64,000 nucleotides of DNA, from assembly GCF_009914755.1 (NCBI RefSeq), contig NC_060933.1; one strand, written 5' to 3'. A model generated the notes under the pieces. It had not been told where the DNA came from and did not search any database. It saw nothing but the letters and a program-made list of their open reading frames with translations. Position numbers and translations under genes: made by a program. This DNA is from the human T2T-CHM13v2.0 reference genome, Homo sapiens. Shown here piece after piece: positions 55,432 through 64,000 of this stretch (within the stretch, counting starts at the first letter, position 1; every line of letters begins with the position of its first letter).

Positions 55432-55805
55432 TGTATTAGTCCATTTTCATGCTGCTATGAAGAAATATCTGAGACTGGGTAATTTATAGAGAAAAGAGGT
55501 TTAATTGACTCACAGTTCCACATGGCTGGGGAGGCCTAAGGAAACTTACAATTATGGTGGAAGGGGAAGCAAATACATCCTTCTTCACGTGATGGCAGGA
55601 GAGAGAAGTGCTGAGCAAAGGAGGAAAAGCCACTTATAAAACCATCAGATCTCATGAGAACTCATTAACTGTCTTGGGAACAGCATGGGAGTAACTACCG
55701 CCATGATTCAGTTATCTCCCACTGGGTCCCTCCCACAATATCTGGGGATTATGAAAACTACAATTCAAGATAAGATTTTGGTGGGGACACAGCCAAACCA
55801 TATCA
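55432..55805 (-). mobile_element. THE1D-like solo LTR nested in an older MLT1 remnant
   Basis: tgtattagtcc...gccaaaccatatca with perfect 5-bp TSD ctcag. Confidence 0.93.
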
Positions 55806-56657
55806 CTCAGAAACCCCAGAATACAAAGGTTTTAAGAACAACTGGGTAACTTGCACATGCTTTTATAGCATTCTGATCAAAATAATGTATGTCACTTCCC
55901 CTCACTTTTTATTGGCCAAAGCAAGTTACATGACCATGTCTAACTTACAAAGGAGCAGAGAAGTGCAATCGTATACATGCCAGAAACAGTGGTGAAGAGG
56001 ATAGTCGTGAGAGCCCTCCTCATTGCCATATAATTGTACAAAATTCTAAATATAATGTAAGATAAATAAATGTCTAGACTACTAAGAAAAAAAAAACATG
56101 CTACTTGGAAAATAAAAAGTAAAGTTAAATACAGAATTCTGAGAAAAAGAGGGCATATTTTAAGAATTGTCTGTGTCATACTGCCTTTTTTCCCTGCATA
56201 AACAGGGAAAAAAGAATTATGATGTATGTCTTTAGACAGCTATAAAATATATCCTTTCACCAAAATTTTCTCAAGGACATATTTCCAGGTATTGAAGGCC
56301 AAGTTTCAAAAGAAATTTTGGAACAGAGATATTGTTGATGAAAATGGATGCTGACAGATATATTTATTGAAGAGGTCAGTAAATAAGAACACTGAAAGCA
56401 ACACTTGCAGCTAGTCAGAATTATCCAACAATTGAAACAAACACATTAGAAAAAATATGCAATATAAAAACACACAGCAATGTTTTCACAGTTCTAATTA
56501 GATTACTAGGATGGCGGAATACTGGAAAGATAAAGATATAAAATATACTCTTCTCTTTCCCATGTATTAAATCCAAAGTTATTGTGTAGGCTATTAGAGT
56601 TACATAAAGGATTAATAATAGCTAGAGAGGTTTTAAGATAAACAAGATGACAGATAA

Positions 56658-56694
<37 letters not shown>

Positions 56695-56710
56695 TATATG
56701 TGTGTATATA
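56658..56710. repeat. (TA)n(CA)n compound microsatellite
   Basis: Direct reading. Confidence 0.9.
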
Positions 56711-57000
56711 AATAACATTAATGCTACAAATTGATTTTATTTCTAAATTTTTAAAAATCATACTTAATTCAATAAAACATTAAAATGCTCAATAAAACCT
56801 ATACTCAATACCATTTATATAGTATCCTTAGGGCTTAGCAAAATTCTTGGTCACATAATGGGCATTTAAGAAGATACATACTTCTTATTTGTTGAGATAG
56901 ATAAAAGGCAAGTTACGGAAAGTAGAAAGGCAGAAACCAGACCAAAATAAAGTAATACATCTAAATTTTTTCTTACATGAAAGATGTTTAAAGCAAAATA

Positions 57001-57330
57001 TAGTTGGTCCTTTGTAATATGGGTTCTACTTTCTTGAATCCTACCATCCAAAGTTAAAAAACAATTAGGAAACAATTCCACAAAATTGCAAAAAGCAAAA
57101 TTTGAATTTTCAGACACCAAGAACTATGTTAAATCCATGCAAATAAGTAATTTGTAGGCATTGCATTGGTACTATAAGTAATCAGAGATGATTAAAGTAT
57201 ACAGGAGGGTGTTCATAAGTTATATGCAAATACTACACACCATTTTATGTAAGAGACTTGAGCATCTGCAGATTTTAGTATTTGTTGGGGTCCTAGAAAC
57301 AATCCCCCAAGTACACTGAATGATGACTAG
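57001..57330. mobile_element. MER2/MER2B (TcMar-Tigger) non-autonomous DNA transposon
   Basis: 'gagatgattaaagtatacaggagg..ttatatgcaaatactac..gacttgagcatctgcagatttt..ggggtcctagaaacaatcccc'. Confidence 0.85.
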
Positions 57331-57699
57331 TCAAAGTTAAGAATAAAACACCAGACAAACTTATCTGCCTAATACTTATATTGCCACCATTGTTCTCCCA
57401 CTTCCATGTTTAAATCAGTAAAATTTAAGGGAAATATCAAGTGAAAGAAGAAAGCAAATATGTAATGACGAAAGGTGCAGACAGACATGAAAAGACTGAG
57501 TCTGTTTATATTCAATAAATAGCAAGGCATTTCAATATACAAAGAAAAATTTCATTACAAATCCTAAAAATAACAAAAAAACACACTTGTAATATTTTAT
57601 TTAGTGTTACCACTATATAGCAGTTAACATAGAAAAAAAGTAGTGACAAAAAGTCAGAAATAAATAAATTATAGGGTTTGATTCTATATATATGTTTTC

Positions 57700-57990
57700 T
57701 CTTTACTTTTTTTTTTACTTTAACCATTTTTATTGTACAACTCAGTAGCATTAAGTACATTGCCAATGAGATGTAACTGTTATCAAACAAAAATTTTTGT
57801 GCTCATTAAATAATGATTTCATATTCTCCCAATCCCTCACCATCAGGTTCCTCCTAATCTATTTTCTGTGTTCATCAGTTTTCCTAGATTGGATACTGGA
57901 AAAACTTGAACTTACAATATTGTTCTTTTGTGTCTGGCACAATGTTCTCAAGGTTCATCTGTATTGCAGCACGTATCAGAATTATGTTGC
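57700..57990 (-). mobile_element. L1MB-type 3' UTR fragment
   Basis: 'ttaaccatttttattgtacaactcagtagcattaagtaca', 'aatgttctcaaggttcatc'. Confidence 0.65.
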
Positions 57991-59254
57991 AATGCTAAGC
58001 TATTATCTAGGTACTGTAATTGACATTATCATGGAAAGGTCAGATACCTTCATTCTTGCTTCTTTTTTTTATTTTATTATTATTATACTTTAAGTTTTAT
58101 TACTTGTCTCTATTTTAGCTAAGGAGATTAAGTCATTTGAGTGCTTTGTGCATAGCAGAGCTTTCTCAAACACAGTAATAAGATTTAGCTGATAATAATA
58201 TCGGTGCCCTTTTAATGTATAACAAAAATTTCCAAAGTCAGAAGTCTTAAAAATTATTTCAAAGTTCAAAGTGTATGTTCCTGCATATGCCCATTTAAAT
58301 AGTTTCAATATTGTTTAATCAAAATTCTACTCCTCTTTCAATTCAAGTGTTAAAAACATGTATTATAATCATTATTCTTTTCACAATCTGTTTACTGCAT
58401 TATTTGGTTGTGATCTTGGATTGAATTTATTTCTTATGAGAGATCTTCTAAAAGCCTGAAGATATAGCATTCTATATTTCCAAGAAGATTACATTTTCAG
58501 GATAAGCAGCTAGAGAGCCAAAAGGCATTAGTGTACTCGATGTCCCATCGTTTTAAATAGCATTATTGCTTTGTGATATTGAATTTAATCTTGGTAAATT
58601 TGCTGTAGTTTACGTATGTTAGATTCAAACTCCTCATGTGTGAAAAAAAGACAATTAATGTACTGTAAATAAATGAATATAAACTAAATTGTTGGGATTC
58701 ATAATGAGAGATGAAATTAAGGACTTACTTAGCCTCTTAGCAGTGAAATGAGTTCTAGTCAATTGAATAATTTTTCAGTAAAAGTTTTACAAAAGTTTAA
58801 ATTAGAAAACAAACTAAGCCAGATTAGAAATCATGTACAAAATGTAAATGCAAATTTATTTTTGGAAAGTAAACTACTGTTTGATTGATTGAAAACTTAA
58901 GCATGGGGGACTATGATTTTTAATTCCTTAAATGTTATGAGTTAAATGGCAATATGTTTTCATTTCAGTGAAAATATATGATGAATAGAAATTTTTAGGG
59001 TCCAGTTATATTTTAATAATTGTAAAATCTAATTCCTAATTTTTTCTATGGGCAACAGAGGCTAGGAGAAGTTACCTCCCTCCAAGGACACAGAGTCATC
59101 ATGAAGATGGGAACTCTTGCTTTTACTATGTAAACTTTTTCTTTCCAAAGATCTACAGATCATTGCCATTTCTTTTTATCTGACTCATTAATCATATTTT
59201 TTACTAACATATTTTAAAACTACCTTTGGAGATATTTAAATTGTATTTTATCAG

Positions 59255-61025
59255 AAACACTAAATGATAAGAAAGCAAAACAGCCTTAATGCTGGTATGG
59301 AGAAAGTTTTAGCGGTCTGGGGAGATCAAACCAGACACATTTCCTCAGGCCAAATCCTAATCTAGAAAAAAACCCTAGCTTCCTTCAATTTTGTGAATGC
59401 TGAGAGAGGTGAGGAAACTGCGGAAGAAAAGTTTTAAGCCAGCAGATGCTGGTTCATGAGATTTAAGGAAAGAAGCTATCTCCATAATTTGAGAGTACAA
59501 GGTGAAGCCGTAAGTGCTGACATAGAGGCTGCAGCAAGTTATCCAAAATATCTAATTAAGATGATTGATGAAGGTGGCTATGCTTAATGAGAGATTTTTA
59601 ATGGAAATGACACAGCCTTAGATTGAAAGAATATGCCATCTAGGAGTTTCATAGCTAGAGAGGAGAAGCCAATGCCTGGCTTCAAACTTCAAAGGACAAG
59701 CTGACCTTCTTGTAGGGGCTAATGCAGCTGGTAGCTTTAAGATAAACCAATGCTCATTTTCCATTTTAAAAATCCTAAAGCCCTTAATAGTTATGCTAAC
59801 TCTATTCAGTCTTTGCTCTACAATGAAACAACAAAGCCCAAATGACAGCACATGTACTACGGCAAGATTTACTGAATATTTTAAGCTTGCTGTTGAGACC
59901 TAGTGCTCAGGAAAAAGAAAATCCTTTCAAAATATCATTGGTCAAAATATCACTAACCATTGACAATGCACCTGGTCATGGAGATGTACAAGGAGATAAA
60001 TGTTGTTTTCATGCCTGCTAGCACAACATCTATTTTGCAGCCCTTGATCAAGGAGTAACGTCAACTTTTAACTCTTACTGTTTAAGAAATGCATTTTGTA
60101 AGGTTATAGATACCATACAGAGTGATTCCACTGATGATTCTATGGGCAAAACAAATTGAAAACTTCTGGAAAGGATTCACTTTTATAGATGTTATTAAGA
60201 ACATTCGTGATATATGGGAGGAGGTCAAAATATTAACATTAACAGAAGTTTGAAATAAGATGATTTCAACCCTAATGGATGACTTTCAGGAGTTCAAGAC
60301 TTCAGTGGAGAATGTAAATGCAGATATAGTGAATAGCAAGAGAACTAGAATTAAATGTGAACCCTGAATTAATATGACTGAATTGCTGCAATCTCATGAT
60401 CAAACTTTAATGGATGAAGAGTTGCTTCTTATTGATGAGCAAAGTAAGTGGTTTATTGAGATGAACTCTTCTCCTTGTATAGATATTGTGAACATTGTTG
60501 AAACGACAACAAAGAATTTAGAATATTACATAAACTTAGTTGATAAAGCAGCAGCAGGATTTGAGAGGATTTACTCCAATATTCAAAGAGTTCTGTGGGT
60601 AAAACACTGTCAAACAGCATGTCATGCTACAGAGCAATCTCTCATAAAAAGAAAAGTCAATTGTTGGGGCAAACATCATTGTTGTCTTATTTTAAGAAAT
60701 TGCAACAGCCGCTCCAACTTTCAACAACTGCCACCCTGATCAGTCCGCAGCCATCAACGTCGAGGCAAAACCCCCCACCAGCTAAAATCATGACTGGCTG
60801 AAGGCTCAGATACTCATTTTTTATCAATAAAGCATTTTTAACCAAGGTGTATACACTGTTTTTTAGACATATGCTATTTCACATTGAATAGACTATAGTT
60901 TATTGTAAATATAACTTTTAAATGCACTGGGAACCAAAAATAATGCAGGTGACTCACGTTATTGCAACATGTGCTTTATTGTGGTGGTCTGGAACCAAAC
61001 CTGCAATATCTCCGAGGTATGCCTT
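59255..61025 (+). mobile_element. Tigger1 DNA transposon, left end missing; transposase pseudogene
   Basis: ORF 60374-60739 [36 protein letters not shown]; 'attgacaatgcacctggtcat' (IDNAPGH); right TIR 'caatatctccgaggtatgcct'. Confidence 0.92.
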
Positions 61026-61589
61026 TTACACACAAAAATGCTTTGCGATGAAGAAAGCTGCAGGTGTCCTTTGAGGAATGTGTGGCGTAGCTATGCTCTC
61101 TGCTTGATGGCCATGCCCTAGGAAAGGTTGTGATTACAAGAAATAATAAGGAGGTAGAAGTGATGTGACTAGGTACTGATATCTGCATGTAAGTAGGATT
61201 ATTTATGATTAGGATAAAGGAAATGAATAACAAATTTTCCCTCAGTGTTGGTAGTTTTCTGTCTTGCATTATGTGAGTTTGGGACAAGGTCTGAACAGGT
61301 GTGCCTTATGCTGTGAGATCATTGAAAGGCACTCAAAGACACAAGTTTGCCTCATGAGATGAAGGACTTAATTGTTGTCTAGTGGTTTTATTGCTCTGAA
61401 GGAAACATGAGGGTTGAGGGACAGACAATAATTTTCATTGATTGATTGACCCTCTTTAAGGAACATCAGTCACTTAAATTCCTAGAATTTGGTTATGACT
61501 TTTATTTTTTCTTTTCTGTTTTACGTACAGAGTGGAGAAGAACATAAGGTTTCTTTGACTGAGTTTATTTCTTTTCTCAATTCACTGTG

Positions 61590-62070
61590 TCAGGCAAATA
61601 AAATACAAAGAATGAGACAAAAAAGAGCGGCTCCCATAGACAGAAAAAGACAAATGAACACAGAGAAAAGACTACCTGTAGAGATACAGAGGGCCAAAGA
61701 GTAAACACACACAGAGATACAGACTCACAAACAAAAACACATAAAGACAGGGAAAGACACAATCATAGAGAGAAATACACAGATATACTACACATCCAGA
61801 GGGAGACACAGAGACAATAGACAAAGGGTCACACACAGATTCAAAGATATGCAGAGGGAAATGAAAGACAAAAAAAAAAAAAAAAAACAAACACCAAAGA
61901 AGACTCCCAGAGACACATCCACATAGAGACACACACACAGGCACACAGAAAGACTCATGGAGCAATAGAGATACGCACAGAGAAGCACACAAAGGGCAGA
62001 GGCAACACAAATATTGAATCATACATGAAGAGATACCCCAGGAAGAGACACATGGAGAGACACAAATACA
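61590..62070. repeat. Degenerate GA/CA-rich low-complexity tract
   Basis: T-poor plus strand of acacagagac-like units; source of the spurious 212-aa minus-strand ORF. Confidence 0.75.
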
Positions 62071-62281
62071 GAATCTCCTATATTTTGTAGGAGTGGCCTT
62101 TATCACAGGTATTGATATCTGAACTTGTGTTGTTTTGAACAGTCCATAAAACTGTGCATTCCAAGACTGCACTAATACCTGCCTTATCAGAATCACCAGG
62201 GCTGAAACTAGAAACGTGTTGTTTCTAAAAACTGCATAGATATTTCTGTTATGTACCCTTAGCTGGAAGCATCTCTTATAT

Positions 62282-62648
62282 CGTAAGGAAAATGGATATG
62301 CTGCAGTCAAGAATCGGCCAAGTCAGACACCCAGTCCTACATGACTCAGCGAGTTTGGAGCACAGGTACACAACTCTGCTCATTATGTAACCACTCCATG
62401 TGAGGCACATTAGGTAATAACCCAGGTGAGCTCATGCTTGACTCAGAGCCCCTATTGACTGTAAAAGATGTAATTATCCTGATAACGTTGTACATATGGT
62501 TTGTGCACACAGCTCGTGCCCAGGAGCCCTCGCACCCAGAGAGAGAGAGAGTAAAGCCATGTCAAAACTGTCCGCTATTCCTCCAGTGTTTTTCCAGCTA
62601 CCGCCACTCACCCATCAACTCCCCTCAGACCTCAGTTAGAACCTGATG
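62282..62648 (+). mobile_element. LTR18A-like (ERVL/HERV-S) solo LTR
   Basis: 'gtaaggaaaatgg...catgactcagcgagtttggagc...gagagtaaagccatgtcaaaactgtc...ttagaacctga'; 5-bp TSD tatat. Confidence 0.82.
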
Positions 62649-62994
62649 TATATTAAGCCTTCAACCCTCCTAAAGTAGTGTGCATGCCAATCTTTCCCTT
62701 ACAACTGAATGAGCCTTACTAATACACTGGAACATGGTGCTTTTTCGAAAATTAAGTTTGTTACTTTTGCCAATTTTAGGATTTTTTGGCCAAATTAATT
62801 TGTAATATTTAATTATTTTCTACTTACACTTTCAATTTTATATATTTTAGCTAATATTTTAGGTTTCCTGGTTTTAACCTTGTCTACTATTATTATTTTT
62901 GTTCACATTCTTTTAAAATATTTTGCATTTTATTTATCTTAATCCTTAGGTTAGCTGTTTTTATTTTCAGGAGTTAATTATTAAATTATTAGAA

Positions 62995-63600
62995 TGTCTT
63001 TCATGGCAAGCAATGGAAAAGTCAAATCAAACTGGCTTAACCAATAAGAACATTTTAGAACTCTTGTATATGCAAGTCCATAGGTCAGATGAGCTTTAGG
63101 ATTTACTTAATCTAAGGACTCTGTCTTTATTTTCCCTGTGATTCTTAGGGAGGAGAGAGAGCAGATGACATCTCTATGTACTAGCTTCATCCGCAGGCTG
63201 GTAATCAGGTGGCTATAGTTGTCATAGTATATTTCCCAATGGCCAGCAGGAGAGAGCTCTCCTAAGATTTCCCCTTAAGAATAAGAAAAAGTTTCTCAGA
63301 ATCCTTTTTTCAAAATTCCCCTTACATTTCAATGATCCACATCTGGTTTTGTGTCCTTTCCAGAACCAATCTCTGTTGACAAGGAGTTCCCAATTCTGCT
63401 TAACATACACTTGGATTCCTAAACCAATCACTGACTGGGAGATGTCATTTTCTTAGTTGACTTAACCTAATTAGATCTGGAACCAACGTCCCAAATCACA
63501 TGGTTGCTACAAATCAGCAGGGTAGATACCAGAAGGAAAATTAGGATGTTAGCAGGGAAAAGAAAAAGGTAAAACAGCTGCTGGTTATGCAACCAGTAAT
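62995..63600 (-). mobile_element. MLT1K/L-type MaLR LTR
   Basis: 'ggcaagcaatggaaaagtcaaatcaaactggcttaacc', duplicated 'aaccaatc.ctg' motif, 'gaaggaaaattaggatg'. Confidence 0.65.
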
Positions 63601-63603
63601 ATC

Positions 63604-63652
63604 CATCATCATTATCATCACCATCATTCATCATCTTCATCATCACTATTAT
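63604..63652. repeat. Imperfect (CAT)n repeat
   Basis: Direct reading. Confidence 0.85.
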
Positions 63653-64000
63653 CTTTACCTTCATTTTTCCATTGGTCTCAACACAAACAAAAATCACAGG
63701 TGTAAAATGCTTTCATTTGTTTCAATTTTTTAAATTAAAATGACAGCTCTATCCTGGGTTTACTTTTTGTTTTAACTAGGAAATTGAGTGATATGGTAAA
63801 CCATTTTCTCTCTGTGAAATCTGCTCTGATTCTTAGCCAACAGGCAAAGTTAATGGTTCTTCTATAATACTTCCTTCATGTTTTTGGCTTAGTGCTTATC
63901 AATTTATATTAGATTATAACAGATCATCATGTTACAGGTGGAATGGGGCATTCATTGTCGAAGCCCCAAAACCTATTATAATGCCTGGAATACATTAGGT

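Noticed and set aside
61672-62310. 212-aa Cys/Val/Leu-rich minus-strand ORF
   Set aside because: Product of low-complexity TG/TC sequence depleted of stop codons

Overview
AT-rich, repeat-dominated primate (human-like) genomic DNA. No multi-exon protein-coding gene can be built inside the window. Nearly every ORF in the track is a retroelement or transposon remnant, or noise. The largest element is a decayed betaretrovirus-like provirus, HERV-K(HML-8)/HERVK11 with a MER11-type 5' LTR (42011-50323, + strand). It retains LTR, PBS, gag, dUTPase-pro, pol and half of env; the rest of env and the 3' LTR were deleted, fusing it to an L1. Around it lie old and young L1s, Alus (J, S, Y), MaLR LTRs (MLT1, MST, THE1), MER21, MER4, MER31, LTR18, MIR, L2, MER2 and Tigger1. 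The strongest non-repeat signal is a candidate 6-nt microexon on the minus strand (6240-6245, AAATGC). It has a long U-rich tract, two UGC motifs about 15-22 nt upstream of the 3' splice site, a GTAAGT donor and a downstream GCAUG. This is the architecture of SRRM4/RBFOX-regulated neural microexons and suggests the window lies inside very long introns of an unidentified minus-strand gene. Repeat subfamily names come from recalled consensus sequences, not from a search, and boundaries of old repeats are approximate.
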